Part shown: one piece after another, positions 17,038 through 27,061 of the stretch
Position numbering within the stretch: the first letter of the stretch is position 1
How the letters are laid out: each line of letters starts with the position of its first letter
Source: Verrucomicrobiota bacterium
GTDB taxonomy: Bacteria; Verrucomicrobiota; Verrucomicrobiia; Limisphaerales; UBA8199
Direction of reading: 5' to 3'
Assembly: GCA_039806935.1 (NCBI GenBank)
Contig: JBDHQH010000001.1
Location: forward strand, 6,067 to 70,066
Length of the DNA stretch: 64,000 nucleotides
Translations under genes and position numbers: made by a program
Notes under the pieces: model-generated
Told to the model about the DNA's origin: nothing
Seen by the model: only the letters and a program-made list of their open reading frames with translations
Databases searched by the model: none

Positions 17038-18171
17038 ATGGGACCACAGATCGGTGACCTGACCACCCTGGAGATTTCCGACCTCGCCTTCGGAGGGGAA
17101 GGCGTGGCTCGGGCCGGAGACTTTGTCGTTTTTGTGCCGTTGGTGGCGGTCGGGGAAACGGTCGAGGTCGAGATCACCGAGCGGAAACCACGATTCGCCC
17201 GGGCGCAACTGCGCCGCGTGGTCAAATCCTCTCCCCAACGGGTGGCGCCGGTCTGTCCTTACTTCGGCCAATGCGGGGGTTGCCAATATCAGCATCTGGC
17301 CTACGCCGAGCAGCTCGCGATCAAACACAAACAAATTCGCGATTTGTTTGAGCGCATCGGGGGCCTCGATCCTTCGGTCATCGCCCCGGTGATTCCTTGT
17401 CCGCAACCTTATGGCTATCGGAATCGCATCATGATCCGGAGCCAGTGGGACAAATTCAAACAGGGCCTGAATGTTGGGTTTATCCGGAGTGACAGCCGGC
17501 TGGTGATCGATATCGAAAAATGTCCCATCGCCGAACCGGCCATCAATGATCAGCTCCGGGAAGTGCAGGCCCATCCCCCACCCAAAGGCGGGCTGAAAGT
17601 GGTGCTCCGGATTCCTCCGCCGGGTTGGGAGGTGCCGCCCGACTCATTTTTCCAGAACAACTTTTTTTTGCTGCCGGCTTTAGTGGCCACGGTCCGGGAT
17701 TTTTTCCGTTCGGGCGGCGCCCGGCATCTGGCGGATATCTATTGTGGTGTGGGCTTTTTCAGCATGGAACTCGCGGAGGTGGTGGAATCCTTTGTCGGGG
17801 TCGAGTATGACGCTTTAGCGGTGAAAGCGGCGCGGCGAAACGCGGAAAACCGGGGCATCACTAACGGCCGCTTTATTCAAGGGACCGCGGAGGAAGTATT
17901 GCCGGAGTTGACCAAGAGCTTCACGCCCTCCGCCACCGCTGTGCTGCTGGATCCGCCGCGGAAAGGCGCCCTGCCCGCCACTCTGGCTTTGCTGCGCGAG
18001 GCGCGGCCGCGGCAGGTGATCTACGTGTCGTGCCATCCCGCCACGATGGCGCGCGACTTGAAATTGCTCTGCGAGCCGGGAGCCTACCGGCTGGCCGCCC
18101 TGGCGCCCCACGACATGTTCCCCCAGACCCAACACGTCGAGTGCGTTGCGGATCTGCGATTGCAGGAGTGA
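17038..18171 (+). CDS. rlmD: 23S rRNA (uracil-5-)-methyltransferase, RumA/RlmD family (TRAM + 4Fe-4S + SAM MTase)
   Basis: Start chosen at ATG 17038 inside track ORF 16942..18171. It has a TRAM-like N-terminus (ISDLAFGGEGVAR...VFVPLVAVGETVEVEI), the Cys cluster CPYFGQCGGCQYQHL, the SAM motif DIYCGVGFFS, and catalytic LLDPPRKG...YVSCHPAT. Confidence 0.8.
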   Translation: MGPQIGDLTTLEISDLAFGGEGVARAGDFVVFVPLVAVGETVEVEITERKPRFARAQLRRVVKSSPQRVAPVCPYFGQCGGCQYQHLAYAEQLAIKHKQIRDLFERIGGLDPSVIAPVIPCPQPYGYRNRIMIRSQWDKFKQGLNVGFIRSDSRLVIDIEKCPIAEPAINDQLREVQAHPPPKGGLKVVLRIPPPGWEVPPDSFFQNNFFLLPALVATVRDFFRSGGARHLADIYCGVGFFSMELAEVVESFVGVEYDALAVKAARRNAENRGITNGRFIQGTAEEVLPELTKSFTPSATAVLLDPPRKGALPATLALLREARPRQVIYVSCHPATMARDLKLLCEPGAYRLAALAPHDMFPQTQHVECVADLRLQE

Positions 18172-18385
18172 TTAATTCGTTTATTCGCGCCCGCACACTT
18201 GCCAATCGGTTCGGATTTTCCCATGCTTTTCGGCGGAAAGCGCCGGTCAGCGGCCAACGGACGCCGCCCGGTGGAGAGACAGTGATGGTGGTTGCCGGGG
18301 TATCTCCGGTGAGCGCGCGAGGCGGAACGCCGGGTGAAAACCTCGCCGGTCGCCTGCTGGAACCGGATAGCATTGAACCAGGCTG

Positions 18386-21361
18386 ATGAGCACAAATACG
18401 ACTTTGCCCCGCCGCCCGAAGTCGGCGGCTGATATCAGCGCGCGGGCTCGCTTCAACCAGATCCTCCTGCCCTGGATCATCTCGGGGATTTGCCTGCTCG
18501 CGTTCCTCCTGACCTTGAATCCGTGGCTGACACTGAGCAGCGCCGGGCAAGGCAATCTGGCGCAGACGGCCCGCCTTTCGGGTTGGGCATGGCAACCGGA
18601 GGTTTTCGGCCCGGTGTATTGGCTGGCGACCGCCCCCCTTCGCTGGCTGCCGGTCACGGTCATTCCGCTCGCGCTCAATGTGTTTTCGGCCTTGTGCGCC
18701 AGCCTCACGCTGGCGCTTCTGGTCCGCTCGGTGGCCCTGCTGCCGCACAACCGCACCGAGCAACAGCGCCTTCGCGAGCGAAGCCCGAGCGGCGCGCTCT
18801 CGATTCCCCTGGCGTGGCTGCCGCCGGTTTTCGCAGCGGTGTTGTGCGCGTTTCAGCTCTCCTTCTGGGAACAGGCCACCATCGGATCGAGCGAGATGCT
18901 CGATCTGCTTCTGTTTGCCTATATCACACGGTGCTTGTTGGAGTTCCGGGCGTATCGCCAGGATCGCTGGGTGTTGCAAGCCCTGGCGGTTTATGGCGCC
19001 GCCACCGCCAACAACTGGGCGATGGTCGGCTTTGCCCCGATTTTTCTGGCCGCTTTGCTGTGGATGAAGGGACTGCAGTGGAACCGCCGGTTTTTGGCCA
19101 CCGCCGCTCTGGCCGGTTTGGCGGGATTATCCTTTTATCTGCTGCTGCCGCTGGCGGACGTCCTGGGCGGGCGAACTTCGGCCACTTTCTGGCAGATCCT
19201 GAAAATGAACCTGGGCTTTCAAAAGCAGTTCGTGCTGCAACTGCCTTTCAACAAGGGCGCCTTGTTCAACAGCGATCGTCCAGTCTGGGTGCTGGGATTG
19301 GCGGCGCTGTTGCCTCTGCTGACAATCGCGATCCGCTGGCCCGCGTATTCCGGAGATACCAGCAAACTGGGCAATGCGCTCAACACGTTCAGCTTCCATT
19401 TCTTTCATGGCGCCCTGCTGCTGCTCTGCGTCTGGGTCGCGTTTGATCCGGAGAAATTCAGCGCCCGCTATCTGCTGCCCGGAGTTCCGCTGCTCACTTT
19501 CTATTATCTCGGCGCTTTGGCGGCGGGCTATTTTGCCGGATATTTCCTGCTGGTTTTCGGGGCCAAACCCGTCGGGCGGCCACGACCGGTCGCGGCTTAC
19601 GTTCGCGCGCTGGATCGGTTGGTGGTCATGCTGCTCTTCGCGCTGGCGGCCCTTGCGCCTCTCGGATTGCTCATCCGGAACTTGCCCCAGATCCGGTTTG
19701 CCAACAGCTCCCTGGTCCGCCAGTACGCAAACCTCGAGTCGGCTGCGCTCCCTCGCTCGGGTGGAATTATATTGAGCGACGATCCTCGCCGCCTGGTCAT
19801 TCAGCAGGCGGCGCTCGTCGCCGAACGCCGGGATCGAGATTACGCGTTTGTCGATACCACTTCCCTGTACTATCCGGATTACCAAAGATATCTGGCGCGA
19901 ACGTATCCGCGGCGCTGGACGAACTCCATCCCGCCAACGCGAAAGATCGCGCTCGAGCAAGTGGAGGTGCTGGCCCAGATCGAAACCCTCTCCAAAGCGA
20001 ACGACCTGTTTTACCTGCACCCGAGCTTCGGATTTTTCTTCGAGCTGTTTTATCCCGAGCCGCACGGCATGATCGTCCAACTGCGCCGCTATGCTGACAG
20101 CAGTCTGCTGCCGCCGCCGCCCGATCCCGCTTTGGTGGCGAGCAACGAAACTTTCTGGTCACAAACCGCGTCGCCGTTGTTGGCGCGGCTGGAACAGGGC
20201 ATCACCCCCCCTGCGAACAAAACCAGCCTGGGCGGCAGACTGGCTGGCAAACTTCACCTGAAACGGGAACCGAACCGGTTCGCCGTTCCGCTGGCGGCAT
20301 ATTTTTCACGATCTTTGGTCTATTGGGGGGCGCAAGCGCAACGCTTGGGATTGACCGCCGCGGCAGGCGGCCATTTCGGGCAGGCGCTCCGGCTCAACCC
20401 AGGCAATGTGGTGGCCCAAGTCAATCTCTCGTTCAACGAACACCTTCGCACCGGGCAGGAAACGCCCCTCGAGGTGACCAAATCAATTGAGGATCAATTT
20501 GGGGCTTACCGCAGTTGGGATCAGGTGATCGGCGCCAATGGGCCGTTCGACGAGCCCACTTTCTGCTATCAACAGGGGGGAGCGTTTTTCCAGGGCCACA
20601 ACTATCGGCAGGCTGCCCAGCAATTCGCCCGCGTGGCGGAGCTGATCCCCGACCATCTGGCGTCCAGATTGTTGCTGGCGCGGGTTCACATCGCCACGGG
20701 ATCGCCCCATGAAGCGCTCCAGATCCTCACCAACCTGCATCGTCGGACGGAGTTCTTCGGCCTCTCCGAAACCAACGCGCCGGCGGTGCTCGAGGTCGAG
20801 GCCTCCGCTTATTTGGCGACCCAGAACTCCGCCGCCGCCCAGCGGGTGGTGGACGCCGCCCTGGCGGGCGCCCGGGACAAAATGCCCGTGCTGATGCATT
20901 CGGCTCAGGTTTTCCTGAACTACGGGCAATACCCGGCCGCGCTGCAAATGCTGAACCGTATCTTAAAAGAGGATCCCCGGGATCGGATCGCGCTTTTCTT
21001 TAAGGGCTTCGCTTGCGCGCAAACGGGTGATTACGCGGCGGCAATTCCGCCGCTGAGCCAATTGCTGGAACTGGAGACCACCTGGAATGAACTCCGCTAC
21101 AAAGCCCTGCTCAGCCGCGCCAACGCTTATTTGCAACGGGACCAGCTTGATGAGGCCCGGGCGGACTACGCCTCGATTGAAAAGGAACATGCATCCGATT
21201 TGGCGGCGCTTCTGGGGCTGGGCGAGATCGCCTATCGGCAGCACCACACCAATGCCGCACTCGAGCATTACCGGCTTTTCCTCGCCGGCGCGCCGGCCAA
21301 CACCGTGGAAACCAGCAACGTGTTGACTCGAGTCAAAGAGTTGGAACGCGCGGCGCCGTAA
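18386..21361 (+). CDS. Large membrane protein with a polytopic GT-C/DUF2723-like N-terminal half and a C-terminal TPR-repeat domain
   Basis: 991 aa. About 11 predicted TMs occupy the first roughly 430 aa. The C-terminal roughly 350 aa contain TPR-like repeats (YRQAAQQFARVAELIPD..., YPAALQMLNRILKEDPRD, YAAAIPPLSQLLELE, LDEARADYASIEKEHASD). Confidence 0.6.
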   Translation: MSTNTTLPRRPKSAADISARARFNQILLPWIISGICLLAFLLTLNPWLTLSSAGQGNLAQTARLSGWAWQPEVFGPVYWLATAPLRWLPVTVIPLALNVFSALCASLTLALLVRSVALLPHNRTEQQRLRERSPSGALSIPLAWLPPVFAAVLCAFQLSFWEQATIGSSEMLDLLLFAYITRCLLEFRAYRQDRWVLQALAVYGAATANNWAMVGFAPIFLAALLWMKGLQWNRRFLATAALAGLAGLSFYLLLPLADVLGGRTSATFWQILKMNLGFQKQFVLQLPFNKGALFNSDRPVWVLGLAALLPLLTIAIRWPAYSGDTSKLGNALNTFSFHFFHGALLLLCVWVAFDPEKFSARYLLPGVPLLTFYYLGALAAGYFAGYFLLVFGAKPVGRPRPVAAYVRALDRLVVMLLFALAALAPLGLLIRNLPQIRFANSSLVRQYANLESAALPRSGGIILSDDPRRLVIQQAALVAERRDRDYAFVDTTSLYYPDYQRYLARTYPRRWTNSIPPTRKIALEQVEVLAQIETLSKANDLFYLHPSFGFFFELFYPEPHGMIVQLRRYADSSLLPPPPDPALVASNETFWSQTASPLLARLEQGITPPANKTSLGGRLAGKLHLKREPNRFAVPLAAYFSRSLVYWGAQAQRLGLTAAAGGHFGQALRLNPGNVVAQVNLSFNEHLRTGQETPLEVTKSIEDQFGAYRSWDQVIGANGPFDEPTFCYQQGGAFFQGHNYRQAAQQFARVAELIPDHLASRLLLARVHIATGSPHEALQILTNLHRRTEFFGLSETNAPAVLEVEASAYLATQNSAAAQRVVDAALAGARDKMPVLMHSAQVFLNYGQYPAALQMLNRILKEDPRDRIALFFKGFACAQTGDYAAAIPPLSQLLELETTWNELRYKALLSRANAYLQRDQLDEARADYASIEKEHASDLAALLGLGEIAYRQHHTNAALEHYRLFLAGAPANTVETSNVLTRVKELERAAP

Positions 21362-21369
21362 AGGACGCC

Positions 21370-22551
21370 GTGCGCGTTACCCACGTCATCACGCGGCTCA
21401 TTGTCGGCGGAGCGCAAGAGAACACCGTAACCTCTGTGCTCGGCCTGCGTGAAAAGCCGGGAATCGAGGTGGACCTCATTTCGGGACCTTCCACCGGTGC
21501 GGAAGGCTCGTTGGAGCCGGTCTTCGCGCGCCGCCCCGGCCTGTTTTCAGTGGAGCCGTCCCTGATCCGCCCGCTGCACCCTTGGAAGGACTGGATCGCC
21601 CTGCGCCGGTTGGCCCGCCGCTTTCGCGGATCACGTCCCGACATCGTGCATACCCACAGTGGCAAAGCAGGAATCCTTGGGCGGCTGGCGGCAGCGCAAG
21701 CGCGGGTGCCGATCATCATCCACACGATCCACGGGCCTTCCTTCGGCGCCTTCCAGGGCGTGATACCCAACCTGCTCTTTCGCCGGGCGGAACGCCACGC
21801 GGCGAAGGTCACCACTCATTTTGTCGTGGTCGCCGAGGCCATGGCCGCGCAATATCTCGCTGCTGGCATCGGCATCCGGGAACAATACACCCGGATTTTC
21901 AGCGGATTTGAGTTGGAACCCTTCCTCGAGGCCCGGAACGAAACCGGGCGGCGCGCGAGCCTCGGGATTGCCGCGGATGACATTGTGGTGTGCATGATCG
22001 CCCGACTCTTCAAACTCAAGGGTCACGACGAACTCCTCGCCGTGGCGCCGGAACTGCTCAGGGCCTGCCCCCAGCTCAAGTTTCTGTTGGTGGGTGATGG
22101 GCCTTGCCGGAGGCGCTTTGAGAAGCGGGCGGCACAACTGGGAATTCGAGAGCGTTTTGTGTTCACCGGCCTGGTGCCTCCCGCGGAGGTGGCTCCGCTG
22201 CTGGGGATATCCAATCTGTTGGTGCATTTGTCGCGGCGTGAGGGACTGCCGCGAGCCGTCCCGCAGGCATTGGCAGCGGGGATACCCGCGGTCGTGTACG
22301 ATTGCGACGGAGCGCGAGAGGTGTGTATCGAGGGCCAAACAGGCTTCCTCGTTTGCCCGGGCGATCTCGCGCGCGTACGGGATGGAATTCTCGAATTGGC
22401 TCGCCGGGCTCCGCTCCGCGCCCGGTTGGGGCTGGCCGGACGTGAATTTGTGCGCGCGCGATTTTCGGCGGACACCATGGTGGATGAAATCCACCAACTT
22501 TATCTTCGCCTCAGCGAACGAACAGCGCGAAGCCTGGAGGCCGGACGATGA
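21370..22551 (+). CDS. Glycosyltransferase family 4 (GT-B fold)
   Basis: GTG start 8 nt after the upstream stop. N-terminal VTHVITRLIVGGAQENT, HTHSGKAGILGR, and the C-terminal GT1/GT4 motif SRREGLPRAVPQALAAGIPAVVYDCDGAREV. Confidence 0.75.
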   Translation: MRVTHVITRLIVGGAQENTVTSVLGLREKPGIEVDLISGPSTGAEGSLEPVFARRPGLFSVEPSLIRPLHPWKDWIALRRLARRFRGSRPDIVHTHSGKAGILGRLAAAQARVPIIIHTIHGPSFGAFQGVIPNLLFRRAERHAAKVTTHFVVVAEAMAAQYLAAGIGIREQYTRIFSGFELEPFLEARNETGRRASLGIAADDIVVCMIARLFKLKGHDELLAVAPELLRACPQLKFLLVGDGPCRRRFEKRAAQLGIRERFVFTGLVPPAEVAPLLGISNLLVHLSRREGLPRAVPQALAAGIPAVVYDCDGAREVCIEGQTGFLVCPGDLARVRDGILELARRAPLRARLGLAGREFVRARFSADTMVDEIHQLYLRLSERTARSLEAGR

Positions 22552-23561
22552 AATTCCCATACAACGTTTACCTCCTGGCCGCGACCAGCGGGTTTGCCGC
22601 CGCTTTGCTATCGCTGCCGTTCTGGCGCGAGTGGTGTCGGCGAACCGGGCTGGTTGATGATCCCGGACGCCGGAAAATACACCAAACGCCGACCCCGCTG
22701 GCGGGGGGGCTGGCTGTGGCCACCGGCCTCGTGATTCCCGCCTTGCTGGGCGCAGCGCTGCTGCGGTTTTTGGGGCCGGGCCAGGCGCCTCCCGCAGCCG
22801 CTGGCGCCGGTCACTTGAAGCTCGCCGGCTATCTCCTCGGCTATGGCTTGAGCAAACGCGCCCTACAACTGGGGGCTATTCTCGCGGGCGCGGTGCTGAT
22901 GCTGGGCCTGGGGTTGCTGGATGATAAATTTGAGCTGCGAGCCCGGACCAAGTTTGCCGGTCAATTGCTCATCGCCACCCTGGTGGCCGCCGGCGGCGCG
23001 CGAATCACCCTTTTTGTGCCCAACGTCTGGTTCAGTTACGCCCTGACGATTTTTTGGATTCTGACCGTGATCAATGCCTTCAATTTCATGGACAACATGA
23101 ACGGTCTGTGCGCGGGTTTGGGCGCGATTGGCGCCTGGATCTTCGCCGTGGCCGCCGGGATACACGGGCAATATCTGGTCGCCTCGATCGCGTTTCTGAT
23201 TTTCGGCGCGCTGGCGGGATTCCTCCCCTATAACTATCCGAAAGCCACCGCCTTTCTCGGTGATTCAGGAAGCCACCTGGCCGGCTATCTCCTGGCGGTC
23301 CTGGCGATCCTGCCGCACTTTTACAGCGCGCGCAATCCACGGCCGCTCGCGGTTCTGGCGCCGCTGCTGGTGCTGGCCGTGCCGCTCGGGGACATGGCCT
23401 GGGTGGTGTGGTGGCGCTGGCGGCGGGGCAAGCCCTTCTATGAGGGCGACACCAACCACTTGTCTCACCGCCTGGCCGCCCGAGGCTTGAGCCGCGCGCG
23501 AACCGTCGCGCTCATCTGGCTCCTGGCGTTGGCCGTTGGCGTTTGCGCCTGGGCACTATAA
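22548..23561 (+). CDS. Polyprenyl-phosphate sugar-1-phosphate transferase, MraY/WecA family
   Basis: ATGA overlap with the GT4 gene. The protein is polytopic, with LLDDKFEL, NAFNFMDNMNGL and FLGDSGSHLAGYLLA motifs typical of WecA/MraY enzymes. Confidence 0.8.
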   Translation: MKFPYNVYLLAATSGFAAALLSLPFWREWCRRTGLVDDPGRRKIHQTPTPLAGGLAVATGLVIPALLGAALLRFLGPGQAPPAAAGAGHLKLAGYLLGYGLSKRALQLGAILAGAVLMLGLGLLDDKFELRARTKFAGQLLIATLVAAGGARITLFVPNVWFSYALTIFWILTVINAFNFMDNMNGLCAGLGAIGAWIFAVAAGIHGQYLVASIAFLIFGALAGFLPYNYPKATAFLGDSGSHLAGYLLAVLAILPHFYSARNPRPLAVLAPLLVLAVPLGDMAWVVWWRWRRGKPFYEGDTNHLSHRLAARGLSRARTVALIWLLALAVGVCAWAL

Positions 23562-23579
23562 GCCCGCCTTGCGCCCGGG

Positions 23580-25505
23580 TCACACTTCGGCGTTTTTATT
23601 CGCGGCGATGACTTCCGAAAAGAGACCCAGCACTTCGGCGCGGCCCAGGGCGCCAATCAGTTGATTCTCCTTCAAGCTATTGACCACCGGGATATTGCGC
23701 TGCTCGCTGGCCAGCACCACTGGGAGGACATCCACCAGACGTTGATTGGGAGTCACACTGACGGGCGGGGGGCGCATGATATCATAGGCGATCACCGGCA
23801 ACATTTCCCCTTCCAGCGACAGGTATTCCTTCAAATCGTGCAGCGAGATGATTCCCACCAACGCGCCCCGGGCGTCCACCACAGGCACGAAATTGTTTGC
23901 GCTGGTCAGAAAGCGGTTGCCGATTTCCCGGAACGTGGCGATCTCCCGGATGGGGGGCACCGGCGCGCGCATCAAGTCACTGACCGTTTGCTCCAGCGCC
24001 TGCTCGGTGGCGGTCGGATCCGAGATCATTTTCAGCCCTTTGCGCCGGAGCGGAGCGGTGTAGATCGTGTCCGGATGCAATCGACGCGCCACCAGCACCG
24101 AAACCACACAGGCCAACATCAACGCCGGCATCAGGGAATAATCAAGGGAAATCTCAAAAACCATGATCATCGCCAGCAACGGCGAACTGGTGGTCGCCGA
24201 GAGCATGCTGCCCATCCCGACCACGGCGAAAGTGGCGATGGGCAACTCCGCGCCGCCATGCAGCTGATGCAACCCCATGCCGAAGCTGGCCCCCAGCGCG
24301 GCCCCGAGAAAAAGCGTGGGCGTGAACACGCCGCCCACCGCGCCGGAGCCGACGGTGGCCAGAGTCGCAAGCAGTTTTGCGAGCAGCAAGCCAAAGAGAA
24401 AAATCAGCCCCCAGACGCGCGGCGGATAATCACCGACTAGAATGCGGTCCGTGATCACGTACCCATTCCCCCAAACCCCGGGAAACTGCAACGCGATCAA
24501 CCCCACCATCAATCCGCCGGCCGCCAGCCGGATGTAGGCAGGCACGGCCAGACGCTTGAACAATTGTTCGGTTCGGTTGAGCAGTTTCAGAAACGCCGCG
24601 CCGGCCGCTCCGGAAACCAGCCCCAGCAAGACAAACCAGGGCAACTGCAACACGCTGGTGAACTCAAAGGTGGGCACCGTATACCACGTTCGAATGCCAA
24701 AGAAACTGCGGGACACCATCGTGGCCACGACGGAGGCGAAGACCAGCGGCGCGAACAGGTTCATCGAAAAATTCCCGAGCACAATCAAGGCGGCAAACAC
24801 CGCGCCCGAGATCGGGGCGTTATAGGCCGCCGCGATGCCCGAGGCGGCGCCGCAGCCCACCAGCAACCGCAACCGGTAAGGGTGCCAGCCCGCCAACTGC
24901 CCCCACTTCGAGGCGAACGTCGCTGAAAGCTGGGTGATGCCTCCCTCGCGCCCGATGGAGCCCCCCGAACCAATCGTGATCAAGGAGGAGACAAACTTCA
25001 CCAGGGCGCTGCGAAACGGCAGCCGGCCATCTCCCGCCACCACCACCTCGAGAATATTCGACGAGCGCTGCGGCCCCACCAGGCGCAGCCCCCAATACAG
25101 CGTCAGGCCCGCCAGCAACCCTCCCAACGCGGGCGTGAGGACCACAGCGATCTTGCTCACCTTGACCAACATCTCGGCCACCTCTACGGGATCTCCCGGT
25201 CGCCGCAGAAAGAGGGTCTTGACCGATTCAATCGCGTAATAAAAAAGCAAGTTTACCAAACCGCCAATAACCCCCACGCCCCCAGCCAGCACCAAGTGAA
25301 ACGCGCCTTCGCTAAAGCGAATCTTCTCGCGGATGCTCAGCGCTCGCTGCCAGTGCCGACGAAACCAAACCGGCAATTGGGACAGCGCTTTCGTGTTCCT
25401 CAAAAGCGGCACCAGCCCATTGTCCACGAAAACAGGTGGTTTGAAAAGCCGAAGCGGCTCCGGCCCCGCCGCCGGACGGTTGCCAAGCCAGCCCGCCTCC
25501 GCCAC
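23580..25505 (-). CDS. ClC-family chloride channel/antiporter with a C-terminal CBS-domain pair
   Basis: ClC selectivity motifs GSGGSIGREGGITQ, GAASGIAAAYNAPISG and GSGAVGGVFTPTLFLGAALG. The C-terminal roughly 140 aa have two CBS-like repeats (VSDLMRAPVP...VVDARGALVGIISLHDL and IMRPPPVSVT...IPVVNS...LIGALGRAEVL). Confidence 0.85.
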   Translation of the reverse strand: MAEAGWLGNRPAAGPEPLRLFKPPVFVDNGLVPLLRNTKALSQLPVWFRRHWQRALSIREKIRFSEGAFHLVLAGGVGVIGGLVNLLFYYAIESVKTLFLRRPGDPVEVAEMLVKVSKIAVVLTPALGGLLAGLTLYWGLRLVGPQRSSNILEVVVAGDGRLPFRSALVKFVSSLITIGSGGSIGREGGITQLSATFASKWGQLAGWHPYRLRLLVGCGAASGIAAAYNAPISGAVFAALIVLGNFSMNLFAPLVFASVVATMVSRSFFGIRTWYTVPTFEFTSVLQLPWFVLLGLVSGAAGAAFLKLLNRTEQLFKRLAVPAYIRLAAGGLMVGLIALQFPGVWGNGYVITDRILVGDYPPRVWGLIFLFGLLLAKLLATLATVGSGAVGGVFTPTLFLGAALGASFGMGLHQLHGGAELPIATFAVVGMGSMLSATTSSPLLAMIMVFEISLDYSLMPALMLACVVSVLVARRLHPDTIYTAPLRRKGLKMISDPTATEQALEQTVSDLMRAPVPPIREIATFREIGNRFLTSANNFVPVVDARGALVGIISLHDLKEYLSLEGEMLPVIAYDIMRPPPVSVTPNQRLVDVLPVVLASEQRNIPVVNSLKENQLIGALGRAEVLGLFSEVIAANKNAEV

Positions 25506-25516
25506 AGTAAGCCCGG

Positions 25517-27061
25517 ATGAACAAACGGTTTTATATCACGACCGCCATCGATTACGTCAACGGTCAGCCGCACCTGGGACATGCCTACGAAAAGGTGTTG
25601 GCTGACGTAATCGCCCGGGCGCGCCGGAGCCTGGGTCAGGAAACCTTTTACCTCACCGGCCTGGACGAACACGGGCAGAAAGTCCAGCAAGCCGCCGCCG
25701 CGGAGGACAAGGCCCCCCAGACCTATTGCGATGAGCTGGCCGAAAGCTGGCGCCGGTTCGCCGCCCGGCTCAACCTGAGCAACGACGACTTCGTCCGAAC
25801 CACCCAGGACCGGCATAAAACCGCGGTTCAAGCCATTCTCTCGCGTCTGCATGCGGAGGGACATTTCTACAAGGCACCCTACGAAGGTTTTTATTCCACG
25901 AAGGAGGAAACCTTCCTGACGGAGAAAGATCGGCGTCCGGACGGCACGTTCGATCCCGCTTATGGGGAGGTGGCCCCCCTCAGAGAGGACAATTATTATT
26001 TTCGGTTGGGCACTCACCAGCAATGGCTGATCGACTATATCGAGGCGCACCCCGCCTTCGTGCAACCCGACTATCGCCGAAACGAAGTGCTCGGATTTCT
26101 GCGGAATAACACCCTCGAGGATCTTTGCATCAGCCGGCCGGCGGCCCGTCTGAGTTGGGGCATTCCCCTGCCCTTCGATCCCTCGTACGTCACCTACGTC
26201 TGGTTTGATGCCTTGTCGAACTACATCACCGTGCCGGCGGCGCTGGGTGATCCTGGAGTGCCGGAAGGCATCCGCGGCTCATCCGGCGGTCCCGCACTCT
26301 GGCCCGCCGACATTCATCTTATCGGCAAGGACATCCTCAAGTTCCACGCGGTGTATTGGCCAATCATGCTCAAGGCCATGGGCGCGCCGCTGCCCCGGCA
26401 GGTGCTGGTGCATGGCTGGTGGCAAAAGGACGGCCAAAAAATCAGCAAAAGCACCGGCAACATCGTCGATCCGGTCGCCGTGATCGACGAATGGGGCGTG
26501 GACGCGTTCCGCTTCTATGTCGTGCGCGAGTTGGACCTGGGACCGGACGGCAACTGGACGGACACCGGCTTTCGCGCCCGGTACGCCGCGGAACTGGCCA
26601 ACGGTTTGGGAAATCTGGTCAACCGCTCGCTCTCCATGTTGCAACGGTACCGAAAAGGCGTCGTGCCTGAACCGCACGACGAACTCAGAGTCGAGGCGGA
26701 ACGGGTAGTACGGCAAACGCGCGAATGTCTGGAAGCCAATCAATTGCAGGCGGCGCTCCTGTCGATCTGGAGCCTGATCACACGCGCCAACCAATATGTG
26801 GACCAGACCGCGCCCTTCCATTTGGCCAAAGATCCGGTCCAGGCCCCACGCCTCGATCAGGTGTTATACAACTTAACGGAGATTTGCAGGGTTTTGGCGG
26901 TCCTGTTGTGGCCCTTTCTGCCGGGAACCGCGGCGAATATCGCCAGGCAATTGAATCTTCCAAACCTTCAGGGTGGCGCGGTTCGTTGGGGTGAGTTGGC
27001 CGCCGGTCATGCAATTGGCGCTCCCGCCCCATTATTTCCACGCCGAGACGAAAAGAGGTGA
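25517..27061 (+). CDS. metG: Methionine--tRNA ligase
   Basis: Class I HIGH region YITTAIDYVNGQPHLGHAYE, a KMSKS-type KISKSTGN motif, and 514 aa. Confidence 0.9.
   Translation: MNKRFYITTAIDYVNGQPHLGHAYEKVLADVIARARRSLGQETFYLTGLDEHGQKVQQAAAAEDKAPQTYCDELAESWRRFAARLNLSNDDFVRTTQDRHKTAVQAILSRLHAEGHFYKAPYEGFYSTKEETFLTEKDRRPDGTFDPAYGEVAPLREDNYYFRLGTHQQWLIDYIEAHPAFVQPDYRRNEVLGFLRNNTLEDLCISRPAARLSWGIPLPFDPSYVTYVWFDALSNYITVPAALGDPGVPEGIRGSSGGPALWPADIHLIGKDILKFHAVYWPIMLKAMGAPLPRQVLVHGWWQKDGQKISKSTGNIVDPVAVIDEWGVDAFRFYVVRELDLGPDGNWTDTGFRARYAAELANGLGNLVNRSLSMLQRYRKGVVPEPHDELRVEAERVVRQTRECLEANQLQAALLSIWSLITRANQYVDQTAPFHLAKDPVQAPRLDQVLYNLTEICRVLAVLLWPFLPGTAANIARQLNLPNLQGGAVRWGELAAGHAIGAPAPLFPRRDEKR

Noticed and set aside
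18172-18385. Possible riboswitch or leader RNA upstream of the DUF2723-TPR gene. A GGGTGAAAACC element at about 18332-18343 is reminiscent of the cobalamin-riboswitch GGTGAAAATCC core.
   Set aside because: I could not find the B12 box (GCCACTG-type) or the flanking conserved helices, and the downstream gene has no link to cobalamin. The similarity is limited to a short G/A-rich string. An Infernal/Rfam scan would settle it.
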